In this document: in pieces, positions 33,806 through 43,540 of the stretch
Numbering within the stretch: the first letter of the stretch is position 1
How the letters are laid out: each line of letters begins with the position of its first letter
Source: an uncultured delta proteobacterium
Lineage (GTDB): Bacteria; Desulfobacterota; Desulfobulbia; Desulfobulbales; Desulfocapsaceae
DNA: 64,000 nucleotides
Direction of reading: 5' to 3'
Assembly (NCBI GenBank): GCA_963845115.1
Contig: CAWJQN010000003.1
Coordinates: 391,694 to 455,693, forward strand
Notes under the pieces: model-generated
The model's input: only the letters and a program-made list of their open reading frames with translations
The model's database searches: none
Told to the model about the DNA's origin: nothing
Position numbers and translations under genes: made by a program

Positions 33806-34564
33806 ATGACATACCCCCAGCCCCATATCAGCGTACGAGATCTGACCATGGCCTATGGTGATTTCGTTTTGATGCGTGATCTCACCTTCAACGTCAACCG
33901 GGGCGATATCTTTATCATCATGGGCGGCAGCGGCTGCGGCAAAAGCACCATGATGACGGTTCTCATCGGTCTCAAGAAACCGGCCACAGGCCAGGTGCTC
34001 TACGGCGACACCGATTTCTGGTCCGCCAGCCCCGAGAGGCGAGACCAGATCATCCGCAAAGGAGGAGTAATGTATCAGAGCGGAGCGCTCTGGAGTTCGA
34101 TGACCCTGGCCGAGAACATCGCCCTTCCTCTAGAAACTTATACGAACCTCAGTCCGGCCCGGATTCGCGATGTGGTGGAGTTGAAACTCGCCCTGGTCGG
34201 CATGGCCGGCTTCGAAGAGTTCTACCCTTCTGAAATCAGCGGCGGTATGCAGAAGCGGGCCGGCATTGCCCGGGCCATGGCCATGGACCCGGAGATCCTC
34301 TTCTTCGACGAGCCCTCTGCCGGTCTCGACCCGGTGAGCGCTCGTCGCCTGGACGACCTGATCATCGAGCTGCGCGACAGCCTGGGAACGACCATGGTGG
34401 TGGTGACCCATGAGCTGGCAAGTATCTTTGCCATCGGCAGCAACTCGGTGTTCCTCGACGTCTCCACGCGGACAATGACCGCCACCGGAAACCCGTCAAC
34501 CCTTCTGGCGGAAACCCAAGACCCCGTGCTGCGGCAATTTTTGACCCGCGGTGAAGAGTCGTAA
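33806..34564 (+). CDS. mlaF: MlaF-like ABC ATPase
   Basis: Walker A GGSGCGKST, signature ISGGMQKRAGIARA, Walker B LFFDEPSAGLDP. Start ATG 33806; the track start at 33782 overlaps the mlaE end and is also possible. Confidence 0.85.
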   Translation: MTYPQPHISVRDLTMAYGDFVLMRDLTFNVNRGDIFIIMGGSGCGKSTMMTVLIGLKKPATGQVLYGDTDFWSASPERRDQIIRKGGVMYQSGALWSSMTLAENIALPLETYTNLSPARIRDVVELKLALVGMAGFEEFYPSEISGGMQKRAGIARAMAMDPEILFFDEPSAGLDPVSARRLDDLIIELRDSLGTTMVVVTHELASIFAIGSNSVFLDVSTRTMTATGNPSTLLAETQDPVLRQFLTRGEES

Positions 34565-34581
34565 CGTAAAGGAACTGATTC

Positions 34582-35658
34582 ATGGCGAAAGAGGCGAACA
34601 AGATGATGATCGGTGGTTTCGTGGTCATCGCGATTTTCATTTTGATGGCCAGCCTGGTGGTCTTTGGCTCCGGCCGCTTCTTCAGACAGACGGAAACGTT
34701 CGTGCTGCACTTCGAAGGATCCATCAAGGGACTCAATGTTGGCGCACCGGTTCTTTTCCAGGGAGTGCAGATCGGTGTGGTAACCAACATCGTCATTCGC
34801 GCCAACAGAGATGACCTGAAAGCCAGTATACCGGTGACCATCCAGATCGAGCCGGAGCGGTTCCAAACGAGTGACAGCCACCTCGCCCGGTATACCCCCA
34901 AGGAAACCCTGCCAAAACTGATTGATCTGGGTTTACGCGGGGTATTAACGCTGCGGAGCCTTATAACCGGGCAGCTGATGATCGAGTTTGACTTCTTCCC
35001 CGACTCACCGGTCGTTTTTCGAGACACCGAAAAAAAAGACATGGAGATACCGACGATCCAATCGACCACCGCACGTCTGGCCCAGAGTCTCCTGCAGATC
35101 GATATAGAGGAATTGGAGCAGAAGACGACTTCCATTCTTGACGGCATCGACAGGATGGTCAACGACCCGGAATTGGCTGCGGCCCTGAGATCTTTCTCGA
35201 AGACGATGGAAGATACTCAACTGCTGGTGAGCAAAGTCGACACCAGACTTGGGCAGATGGCGGACGGGATGGATTCGAACCTGGCCGAACTTGAATCACT
35301 GCTGACCAGTGCCAAAAGCCAGGTGAATACCGTGGCGGATCGAGTCGATGCAACCCTGGACAGCGCCGACGCTCTGATGAACAAGATCAGCGGCCGCATA
35401 GACCCGCTGGCCACTGATACCGCAACTGCGATACAAACCTATACGCAGCTGGCAATAGATACCAATACCGGGCTCCAGAAGGTGGTTTCCAGTCTGGATG
35501 AAACCTTGCTGGCGACCCGGGATATCATGGCACCGGATGCACCACTGGTACTGGACTTGCGAACAACGCTCGACGAAGTTTCCGAAGCAGCCCGGTCTCT
35601 GAAAATACTGACGGATTTTCTTGCCCAACACCCCGAGGCCGTTATCCGGGGAAGGTAA
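34582..35658 (+). CDS. MCE-domain protein (MlaD/PqiB-like) with long helical C-terminal extension
   Basis: N-terminal TM (MMIGGFVVIAIFILMASLVVF) and MCE domain (GLNVGAPVLFQGVQIGVVTNI). About 200 aa of helical repeats follow. Confidence 0.8.
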   Translation: MAKEANKMMIGGFVVIAIFILMASLVVFGSGRFFRQTETFVLHFEGSIKGLNVGAPVLFQGVQIGVVTNIVIRANRDDLKASIPVTIQIEPERFQTSDSHLARYTPKETLPKLIDLGLRGVLTLRSLITGQLMIEFDFFPDSPVVFRDTEKKDMEIPTIQSTTARLAQSLLQIDIEELEQKTTSILDGIDRMVNDPELAAALRSFSKTMEDTQLLVSKVDTRLGQMADGMDSNLAELESLLTSAKSQVNTVADRVDATLDSADALMNKISGRIDPLATDTATAIQTYTQLAIDTNTGLQKVVSSLDETLLATRDIMAPDAPLVLDLRTTLDEVSEAARSLKILTDFLAQHPEAVIRGR

Positions 35659-35675
35659 CAGACAAAAGGAAAACT

Positions 35676-36314
35676 ATGGCTGACTTGATACCAGAGGCTC
35701 ACACCGTAAAACCGCGGTCTCTCTTTTTGATCCTTGCTGCCGTCATATTAGTTTTTGCCGGCTGCACGGGCAGGAGTCCTTCACCTAATCTGTATATCCT
35801 CTCTCCACTATCCGAGGACCACGCCCCTGTCGTCCAGGCCAGCCAGAATGCCGCGCTGCAGATCGGCATCGGCCCGGTCACCCTGGCCGATTATCTGAAC
35901 CAGCCCAGCCTGGTCACCAGATCGGGAAACAATGAATTGAGCAGGCTGCCGTTTGAACAATGGGGCGGCTCCCTGAGGAGAAACGTTACCACGGTTCTTG
36001 CCGAAAACCTCGGCCTCCTGATGTCCACTGAAGACGTCCACCTCTACCCGTGGCAGCGCTTCATCACCATCGACTACCGGGTATCAGTGGATATCATCCG
36101 CCTGGACGGTGTTCTCGATGAAGAAGCAACGCTGGTGGCGCGATGGAACATCGTTGATGAAAGGACACGGACGCTTCTGATGACCAGACGATCGACCATC
36201 GTCGAGCCGGTTGAAAACACCGGATACGCGGCACTGGTCAGTGCCCAGAGCCGGGCGCTGGCGCAATTGAGCCGGGAGATAGCCGACCTGTTAAAAAACG
36301 AAAACGCACGGTAA
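35676..36314 (+). CDS. PqiC/YmbA-like ABC-transport auxiliary lipoprotein (DUF330)
   Basis: Lipobox LVFAGCTG. Its size and its position immediately after the MCE gene fit the ABC_trans_aux family. Confidence 0.65.
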   Translation: MADLIPEAHTVKPRSLFLILAAVILVFAGCTGRSPSPNLYILSPLSEDHAPVVQASQNAALQIGIGPVTLADYLNQPSLVTRSGNNELSRLPFEQWGGSLRRNVTTVLAENLGLLMSTEDVHLYPWQRFITIDYRVSVDIIRLDGVLDEEATLVARWNIVDERTRTLLMTRRSTIVEPVENTGYAALVSAQSRALAQLSREIADLLKNENAR

Positions 36315-36351
36315 TCTCGCTGGAGCCTTGACCAAGATCGGCTGGACGCGG

Positions 36352-37200
36352 CTAACCGGCAGGAGCTTCGCGCAGGTCCCGACGAGATCCAAGCAGCAGT
36401 TCGGCAAGCTCCAGAAAGCCCCTGGAGCTGCGATTTACGGTAACCCATCCCGGTTGCGGAGTTGGGTTGAAGTCCCGGACATTAGCGACGCCAACACTGT
36501 TTCTGAAAAAACTGAACAGCGGCCCATCATTTGGCGAATCGCCGACAAAGGCGACACGCTCATTGTGCCGATCGATGTCAACACCAAAAAGATCGCGGAG
36601 ACAGGCCCTGGTCATCGTCAGCTTGTCGTAGGAACCGAACCAGCCGTTCACATGGATCGAACTGATCTTGGCCGTACAGCCTTCCTTCTCGAAGATATCG
36701 ACAATACGGCGAACCTGCTTTTCCGATAACGGTTCGACGTCCTCACAGAAATCAATCGCCAGGTCCGAGACCCGGCATTCCTGGTCGGAAGCGATACCGG
36801 CACCGGGAACCTCCCTGAGTATGCGTTTTCGGATCAGGTCAAGCCGGGCCCTATCCCGCGCTCTTTTTTCCGCAGGCTTGGCATATACCTGACTCATGGT
36901 GCGGTGGCGCCGGTCATAGGAATAGTAGAATGCGCCGTTTTCACCGACCACCCCTTTTACCGCCCACATGCGGGCGATGTGATCACACCAGCCGGCGGGG
37001 CGGCCGGTGATCGGGACGACGCCGATTCCCGCCTCTTCAAGACGCTCGAGTGCGGCCAGGCTGTAAGACGGCAGACGGCCGTCCCGGGTCATCGTATCAT
37101 CGATGTCGGTCAGCAGGTAGTCGATTTTGCGCAGCCGCTCAGGCGGCAGGTCGGCAAGAGGCCTGAGAACCGACTCCTGAGCAACTTTCAACTCGGTCAT
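36352..37200 (-). CDS. HAD-IIB family sugar-phosphate phosphatase-like hydrolase
   Basis: DxD motif YLLTDIDDTMT, GDSPNDGPLF, and a cap domain of IIB type. The start at ATG 37200 is uncertain; upstream in-frame ATGs exist at 37254 and 37311. Confidence 0.7.
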   Translation of the reverse strand: MTELKVAQESVLRPLADLPPERLRKIDYLLTDIDDTMTRDGRLPSYSLAALERLEEAGIGVVPITGRPAGWCDHIARMWAVKGVVGENGAFYYSYDRRHRTMSQVYAKPAEKRARDRARLDLIRKRILREVPGAGIASDQECRVSDLAIDFCEDVEPLSEKQVRRIVDIFEKEGCTAKISSIHVNGWFGSYDKLTMTRACLRDLFGVDIDRHNERVAFVGDSPNDGPLFSFFRNSVGVANVRDFNPTPQPGWVTVNRSSRGFLELAELLLGSRRDLREAPAG

Positions 37201-37508
37201 TTCTCTGATTCCGGTGGTCGCCTCATGGGCATGGGCAAGAAGTTTCGCCTGCATCGGGACGATATGCACTGTGCATCCTAGAATACCACTCTTAGGCACA
37301 CGCTGCAGCAAGATAAGCGGTATGTCGACAATAGCAACGAGACTGGTCAGTTGCTCTGAAGAGACACGTTTTTGACAACGCCCCCCCCTGGTGGCTTTTC
37401 AGGTTTTCGACAGTTGCCCAAAGTAGATCTGGCGATAGTGATTCAGGTGAAATTTTAGCTGGACACTTTGCAATAGGCAGTCCATTGAAAACAAAGCCGA
37501 TAAGACTG

Positions 37509-38234
37509 TCACGATAATGCTGAAGTGGTAAACCTGCCGCCAAGGCTGTAACGGGAGCCGGGATAAAAAAGCTTGCTGATAGTGGCCACATCCCCTTTGA
37601 CCCATGTTTTGCGGCTCAGGGCTAGACATGGTTCAGATTCGTTGATGTCAAGCAATTCACGTATCCAGGCATCGGGTATCATCGCCTCGACCACATGCTC
37701 TGCACTATATTCAGGCGCTACCTTGAGAAGATACTCGGCAGCAGAAGTGGATTCAAAATCCTGCTTTAGATAGTCTGGTGCAACCGAGGGATTGACAAAC
37801 CTGTCAGCGAGTTGCATGGGAATGTTGCTGTCATAATGGATCATTATTGAATGATATACTTTACTGTACGGTTTCACCCCCATTTCAACAGCTAACTGGG
37901 GAGAAGCCTTCTCCTCGCTGAGCAGATGAACCCTGCAGGAATAGTTACCGCCTCCCTTTTTTATAACTTCTGCTATGGAACTGATCTCCAGAAAGGTTGC
38001 CCTTGGTTTCTGGGCTGCCACAAACGTGCCGAGCCCTTGTCTACGGGTCAATTTCCCCTCAACGGCCAATTCACGTACAGCCCGGTTGACCGTCATCCTC
38101 GAGGTTGCAAAACGCTCCTCGAACTCAGCCTCAGAGGGTATCCTGGCCCCTATCTGCCATTCTCCATGATCGATTTTTTCTTCGATATATTCCTTGATTC
38201 TCCGGTATATCGGTTGTTGCTTTTTAGGTGCCAT
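37509..38234 (-). CDS. hutC: GntR/HutC-family repressor (histidine utilisation repressor)
   Basis: Start ATG 38234, 4 nt after the hutH stop. wHTH segment PSEAEFEERFATSRMTVNRAVRELAVEG, plus a UTRA effector domain. The genomic context is the hut genes. Confidence 0.8.
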   Translation of the reverse strand: MAPKKQQPIYRRIKEYIEEKIDHGEWQIGARIPSEAEFEERFATSRMTVNRAVRELAVEGKLTRRQGLGTFVAAQKPRATFLEISSIAEVIKKGGGNYSCRVHLLSEEKASPQLAVEMGVKPYSKVYHSIMIHYDSNIPMQLADRFVNPSVAPDYLKQDFESTSAAEYLLKVAPEYSAEHVVEAMIPDAWIRELLDINESEPCLALSRKTWVKGDVATISKLFYPGSRYSLGGRFTTSALS

Positions 38235-38238
38235 CTGC

Positions 38239-39798
38239 TTACTCACCCTCTCCGGTCTTCCCAAAACTTGGCAGCAGGTCGGCATCGATCAGCTCGTTGA
38301 AACGGCCAGACACCACCAGTTCCGTCGCCTGGTGAATATCGGGCGCGAAATAGCGGTCTTTGTCATAGAACGGAACACTTTCCCGCAGCATGGCTTTAGC
38401 CTTTTCAAGAGGTTGAGACGATCTCAAAGGAGATCTGAAGTCAAGCCCCTGGCAGACTGCAAGTAGCTCAATGCCCACGATGCCAGCTGTGTTTTCAGCC
38501 ATATCCGTGAGCCTCCGTGCGGCAAAGGTGGCCATAGAGACATGATCCTCCTGGTTTGCAGAGGTCGGGAGACTATCCACCGACGCTGGGTGGGCAAACG
38601 ATTTATTCTCACTGGCCAGGGCAGCAGCCGTTACCTGGGCAATCATGAAACCTGAGTTCAGCCCACCCTTCTCAACCAGAAATGGAGGCAGCTTGCTCAT
38701 GTGGGAATCGATCAAGAGGGCCATGCGCCTCTCTGCCAGGGCTCCGATTTCCGCGAACGCCAGCGCCAGATTGTCAGCCGCCATGGCCACCGGCTCGGCA
38801 TGAAAGTTTCCCCCTGAAATGATGTCAGACTGCTCGGAAAAAACCAGGGGGTTGTCTGAAACGCTGTTGGATTCAACCAATAGGGTTTCTGAAGCATTGC
38901 GTATTTGAGAGAGGCAGGCCCCCATGACCTGTGGCTGGCAGCGCAGTGAATAGGGATCCTGGACGGCTTCACAGTCCTCGTGCGATTTTTCGATTTCACT
39001 GTGCCTGAGCAACATGCGGTAAGTTCGAGCCACATCGATCTGGGTTTTATGCCCGCGTACTTCATGAATACTTTTCTCAAATGGGCGCCGGCTGGCAAGA
39101 GCAGCCTCCACACAGAGACTTCCCGTTACCATTGCAGCCGCAAAGAGATCCTCGGCAAGAAACAGCCCTTGTAGGGCCAGAGCGCATGAAGCCTGTGTTC
39201 CATTAAGAAGAGCAAGCCCCTCTTTAGGCCGGAGAACGACGGGATCAAGTCCGGCAATCTTCAGTCCCTGCCGTCCTGACAACCGCTCCCCCTTAACGAT
39301 AACTTCTCCTTCCCCCAGCAATACCGTGCTCATATGTGCAAGGGGCGCCAGGTCTCCGGATGCCCCGACTGAACCTTTTTCGGGAACACAGGGATAAACC
39401 TCTTCATTAACGAGTGCGATCAGCGCATCAATGACTTCTTGACGAATCCCGGAATATCCCCTGGCAAGACTGTTGATTTTCAGAACCATCATCAGCCTGA
39501 CAGTAGATTCTTTCATCAGCTTGCCTATTCCTGCGGCATGGGAGAGGACTATGGAGCGCTGCAGGTGTTCTAATTCATCGCTGGGAATAACGGTGTTGGC
39601 AAGCAGCCCGAAACCGGTATTGATTCCGTATATGATACGCCCCTGATCTATTATCTCCCTTACCGTATCGGATGATCTCCGAATCTGTTCGGCACTCTCA
39701 TGGCTCAGGGCAAGCTTTACAGGACCGTTCTGAATTCTCCGCAGCTGCTGGAGTGTCAGTTGACCTGGATACAGTCTTAATGTTTCTTTTCCGCTCAT
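38239..39798 (-). CDS. hutH: histidine ammonia-lyase
   Basis: 519 aa. MIO-forming motif [14 protein letters not shown], plus SQEDHVS-type and NxxxFxxE-type conserved blocks. Confidence 0.92.
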   Translation of the reverse strand: MSGKETLRLYPGQLTLQQLRRIQNGPVKLALSHESAEQIRRSSDTVREIIDQGRIIYGINTGFGLLANTVIPSDELEHLQRSIVLSHAAGIGKLMKESTVRLMMVLKINSLARGYSGIRQEVIDALIALVNEEVYPCVPEKGSVGASGDLAPLAHMSTVLLGEGEVIVKGERLSGRQGLKIAGLDPVVLRPKEGLALLNGTQASCALALQGLFLAEDLFAAAMVTGSLCVEAALASRRPFEKSIHEVRGHKTQIDVARTYRMLLRHSEIEKSHEDCEAVQDPYSLRCQPQVMGACLSQIRNASETLLVESNSVSDNPLVFSEQSDIISGGNFHAEPVAMAADNLALAFAEIGALAERRMALLIDSHMSKLPPFLVEKGGLNSGFMIAQVTAAALASENKSFAHPASVDSLPTSANQEDHVSMATFAARRLTDMAENTAGIVGIELLAVCQGLDFRSPLRSSQPLEKAKAMLRESVPFYDKDRYFAPDIHQATELVVSGRFNELIDADLLPSFGKTGEGE

Positions 39799-39860
39799 GG
39801 CTTTTCTGGTGTTTTAATTTGAATGGGAATAGATCTATGTGGCAGCATCTCCTGAATCAA

Positions 39861-39872
39861 TTGTATATATAA
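39861..39872. promoter_or_regulatory. candidate HutC operator upstream of hutH
   Basis: TTGTATATATAA lies about 65 nt upstream of the hutH ATG. It is one mismatch from the palindrome TTGTATATACAA. GntR/HutC-subfamily operators are GT-Nx-AC palindromes of this kind. Confidence 0.4.
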
Positions 39873-40094
39873 ATTAAAAACATGACAAGTGTTTTTTCTA
39901 CGCCCTGCCTCCCAAGCCAGAGTATTGACCAAAACGCCCACCAGGAACCATGGAGAAACCCACTATAATATCGATATAATTAATATTTAATTATACATAG
40001 GGAGTAATCAATCCGCCTGAAAATCCCCCTCAACTCTCTTTCCCCGAAATACCGCATTGATAAAAAAACAATCTCGGCGACCCTTAAAAATATA

Positions 40095-40106
40095 CTTGTA
40101 TACACA
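40095..40106. promoter_or_regulatory. candidate HutC operator upstream of hutU
   Basis: CTTGTATACACA contains the perfect palindrome TGTATACA (40097-40104), about 95 nt upstream of the hutU ATG. Confidence 0.35.
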
Positions 40107-40198
40107 TTTACTCTGTGTTATTTTTAATCTGCATTGCCAATACGATGAAGCGACCGAACACGCTTTGGGTTGTGCCCCATTTATCTCGAGAGGACAAA

Positions 40199-42229
40199 AT
40201 GTTTACCAATAAAGACGCAGAAGCTTCGATGAGAATACGACTCGATGATGCGCTTCCTGAGAGGACACCATTCAAGGAAGGGATACGCAGAGCGCCGGAC
40301 AGGGGATTCAGGCTGTCCGAGCAGCAGACGGTTGTTGCCCTGAGGAATGCACTCCGCTATATCCCTGAAAAACATCACCAGACCGTGATTCCGGAATTCC
40401 TGGAGGAACTGAGAACCAGAGGAAGAATTTACGGTTACAGGTTCAGACCCAAAACAGAGATAAAAGCCAAACCGATCGATTCATACAGGGGGAAGTGCCT
40501 TGAGGGCAAGGCTTTCCAACTGATGATGGACAACAATCTCGATTTTGACGTGGCCCTCTATCCCTACGAGCTTGTCACCTACGGTGAGACAGGAAGCGTC
40601 TGCCAGAACTGGATGCAGTACAACCTTATCCAGAGGTACCTGGAGGAAATGACCGAAAGCCAGACCCTGGTGGTACAGTCGGGGCACCCTCTGGGCCTGT
40701 TTCAATCAGCTCAGAACAGTCCACGTGTTATCATCACCAATGGTTTGATGGTCGGTCTTTACGACAATCCTGCAGACTGGGAAACGGCAACCCAGATGGG
40801 AGCGTCCTCCTATGGGCAGATGACCGCCGGCGGCTGGATGTACATTGGCCCTCAGGGAATCGTGCACGGCACTTACAACACCCTGCTCAACGCCGGCAGG
40901 AAGATGTGCGGTGTGCCAGCCGACGGTGCTCTGGACGGTCTTCTGTTTGTGTCTTCGGGGTTAGGCGGAATGAGCGGGGCCCAGCCCAAGGCAGCCAAAA
41001 TCGCCGGGGCGGCCTCAATTACAGCCGAGGTTGATTATTCCCGAATAACAACACGGCACCAACAGGGCTGGGTGGACGTGGTTTCCAGCGACCTCGAAGA
41101 AGTGGCGGCACTGGCCCAGAACGCGGTGGCACAAAAGGACAACACCTCAATCGCCTATCACGGCAACGTCGTTGATCTTTTGGAATTCCTTGCCGACAGA
41201 AGCATTAAGGTCGACCTGCTCTCAGACCAGACCTCCTGTCATGTGGTCTATGACGGAGGGTATTGTCCCCAGGGAATCACCTTTGAAGAACGCACCCGCC
41301 TGCTTGGCCAAGACCGGACGACCTTCATCAAAGCAGTGAACCAGAGCCTCAAAAAACACATCGAAGCAGTAAAAAAACTCGCTGACCAGGGTTCTTATTT
41401 CTTCGACTATGGGAATGCATTTCTGAAAGCGGTTTTTGACGCTGGAGTGACAGAGGTTTCCCGAAACGGTGTTGATGAAAAAGACGGTTTTATTTACCCG
41501 TCCTACTTTGAAGACATTATGGGGCCCATCTTCGATTACGGTTACGGCCCGTTTCGCTGGGTATGCCTGAGCGGCCGCCCCGAGGACCTGGATAATACAG
41601 ACCGGGCGGCCATGGCGTGCATAGACCCGGACCGCCGCAGTGAAGACCGGGACAACTATATCTGGATACGGGATGCAAAAAAGAATAGGATGGTTGTCGG
41701 CAGCCAAGCCCGGATACTGTACGCCGATGCCAGAGGCAGGGTTTCCATTGCCTTGAAATTCAACGAAATGGTGAGAGACAACGAGATTGGCCCGGTCATG
41801 CTGGGCAGGGACCACCATGATCCGGGCGGAACGGACTCCCCGTTTCGCGAAACAGCCAATATCAAAGACGGCAGCAATGTCTGCGCTGACATGGCAACGC
41901 ACTGTTTCGCCGGCAATGCAGCCCGCGGCATGTCCCTGGTTGCACTGCATAACGGTGGGGGAACCGGGATCGGCAAGGCCATTAATGGAGGTTTCGGACT
42001 GGTCCTCGACGGCAGTGAACGGGTTGACACCATCATCCGTTCAGCCATGAACTGGGACGTCATGGGCGGAGTGGCGCGCAGAAACTGGGCAAGAAACGAA
42101 AACGCAATGGAGGTTGCCGCCGAATACAACCTCAGAAATGAAAACAGTGACCAGATCACCATTCCCTACCTCGTGGAAAACGATCTGGTAAAACAATCGG
42201 TTGATGAATTGTTCTCTCACAGGAAATAG
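40199..42229 (+). CDS. hutU: urocanate hydratase, long (~676 aa) form
   Basis: Start moved to ATG 40199 (GAGAGGA upstream). NAD-site SSGLGGMSGAQPKAAK, plus the GTYNTL and GNAF blocks. The N-terminal extension ...RLSEQQTVVALRNALRYIPEKHH is characteristic of the long form. Confidence 0.9.
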   Translation: MFTNKDAEASMRIRLDDALPERTPFKEGIRRAPDRGFRLSEQQTVVALRNALRYIPEKHHQTVIPEFLEELRTRGRIYGYRFRPKTEIKAKPIDSYRGKCLEGKAFQLMMDNNLDFDVALYPYELVTYGETGSVCQNWMQYNLIQRYLEEMTESQTLVVQSGHPLGLFQSAQNSPRVIITNGLMVGLYDNPADWETATQMGASSYGQMTAGGWMYIGPQGIVHGTYNTLLNAGRKMCGVPADGALDGLLFVSSGLGGMSGAQPKAAKIAGAASITAEVDYSRITTRHQQGWVDVVSSDLEEVAALAQNAVAQKDNTSIAYHGNVVDLLEFLADRSIKVDLLSDQTSCHVVYDGGYCPQGITFEERTRLLGQDRTTFIKAVNQSLKKHIEAVKKLADQGSYFFDYGNAFLKAVFDAGVTEVSRNGVDEKDGFIYPSYFEDIMGPIFDYGYGPFRWVCLSGRPEDLDNTDRAAMACIDPDRRSEDRDNYIWIRDAKKNRMVVGSQARILYADARGRVSIALKFNEMVRDNEIGPVMLGRDHHDPGGTDSPFRETANIKDGSNVCADMATHCFAGNAARGMSLVALHNGGGTGIGKAINGGFGLVLDGSERVDTIIRSAMNWDVMGGVARRNWARNENAMEVAAEYNLRNENSDQITIPYLVENDLVKQSVDELFSHRK

Positions 42230-42249
42230 AAGCTACTGGTGAGCATCTG

Positions 42250-43503
42250 ATGTCATCGCAACTGTTTCTAAATGCCAGGATCTTCACCCCGCTTGACGCT
42301 GGCCGCCCGTCAGCGGGAAAGAGACAGGGTGAGTTGGCCCACTATGCCAGAGGGGCAATCCTGGTGGAAGACGGACTGATATCGAAAATCGGTGAAGAAC
42401 ACGTCGTGCTGCATGGACTCACAGCCAAAGAGCTCGACGATTCCTACGATTGCGCAGGTAAATGCCTCGTCCCCGGTTTTGTTGACCCCCACACTCACAA
42501 CTGCTTTGCAGCCCTGCGGGAAAAAGAGTTCGAGTTAAGAATCGCCGGCACGCCCTATCTGGAAATTCTGCGTCAGGGTGGCGGCATCCTCTCCTCCACC
42601 AGGAAAGTAGCCGCAGCGGACGTTGAAATATTGGCTGCAAATACGGCCAATCAGATACGCCGAGCGCTGAAACTTGGCACCACGACTATGGAGATCAAGA
42701 GCGGCTACGGACTCGATACGCAGAATGAACTGAAAATGCTCGAGGCTATAAAATTAGCCGCCGAACAGACCCCCATCGATATCGTGGCCACCTTTCTCGG
42801 AGCCCATGCCATACCCGACGATTTCAAGGAGCGATCTGACGATTTTATCACCTTGATCATCGAGGAGATGCTTCCGGCCGTCATGGAGCAGGGTGTGGCC
42901 CGCCATTGTGACATCTTTTGCGAGGAAGGGGTTTTCTCGATACCCCAGGGACGAAAGCTCCTCTCGGCCGCCCTCGAAGCGGGGCTGAAGATAAAGATCC
43001 ATGCAGATGAGGTCCATGACTTGGGAGGGGCCGGACTGGCAGCAGAGTTGGGAGCGCTTTCTGCGGACCACCTTCTGGCAGCCAACGACGACAATCTCGA
43101 TGCCATGGCCGCTGCAGGAGTTGTCGCTACGCTCCTTCCGGCTACCGCGTATAGCCTGAGAAAGCCCTATGCCAGGGCAAGGACAATGATCGGAAAAGAT
43201 CTCCCGGTGGCCCTGGCAACTGACTGCAACCCCGGATCGAGTTACACTGAGTCGATGCCGTTTGCGGCAGGTCTCGGCGTTATGAACATGCTCATGACCC
43301 CGGCGGAGGCCCTGACGGCAGCGACGCTTAACGGCGCTTATGCAATAGACATGGCTGACAGGGTGGGCAGCCTGGAAACAGGAAAACAAGCCGATTTTGT
43401 TCTCCTCGATGGCCAGTCTCCTGCAATCCTTGCTTATCATGCCGGCGTCTCTCCAGTTGAAGCTGTTTTCAAGAAAGGGAAGCGGGTCGATATAGACAAC
43501 TGA
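42250..43503 (+). CDS. hutI: imidazolonepropionase
   Basis: Amidohydrolase motifs GFVDPHTH, KIHADE and ATDCNPGS. Length 417 aa. Confidence 0.9.
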   Translation: MSSQLFLNARIFTPLDAGRPSAGKRQGELAHYARGAILVEDGLISKIGEEHVVLHGLTAKELDDSYDCAGKCLVPGFVDPHTHNCFAALREKEFELRIAGTPYLEILRQGGGILSSTRKVAAADVEILAANTANQIRRALKLGTTTMEIKSGYGLDTQNELKMLEAIKLAAEQTPIDIVATFLGAHAIPDDFKERSDDFITLIIEEMLPAVMEQGVARHCDIFCEEGVFSIPQGRKLLSAALEAGLKIKIHADEVHDLGGAGLAAELGALSADHLLAANDDNLDAMAAAGVVATLLPATAYSLRKPYARARTMIGKDLPVALATDCNPGSSYTESMPFAAGLGVMNMLMTPAEALTAATLNGAYAIDMADRVGSLETGKQADFVLLDGQSPAILAYHAGVSPVEAVFKKGKRVDIDN

Positions 43504-43540
43504 AACCCACACGGTCAAACGGACAGAAAACCAGACAAAA

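Noticed and set aside
40115-40198. 28-codon extension of hutU. Similar upstream extensions occur for tdk (21184), glcG-like (24237), DUF72 (30074), e(P4) phosphatase (24085), hutC (38285), MBL (54497), AsmA-like (54561) and SLC13 (1455).
   Set aside because: In each case an internal ATG with a better SD coincides with the start of family homology or with a signal peptide or lipobox.
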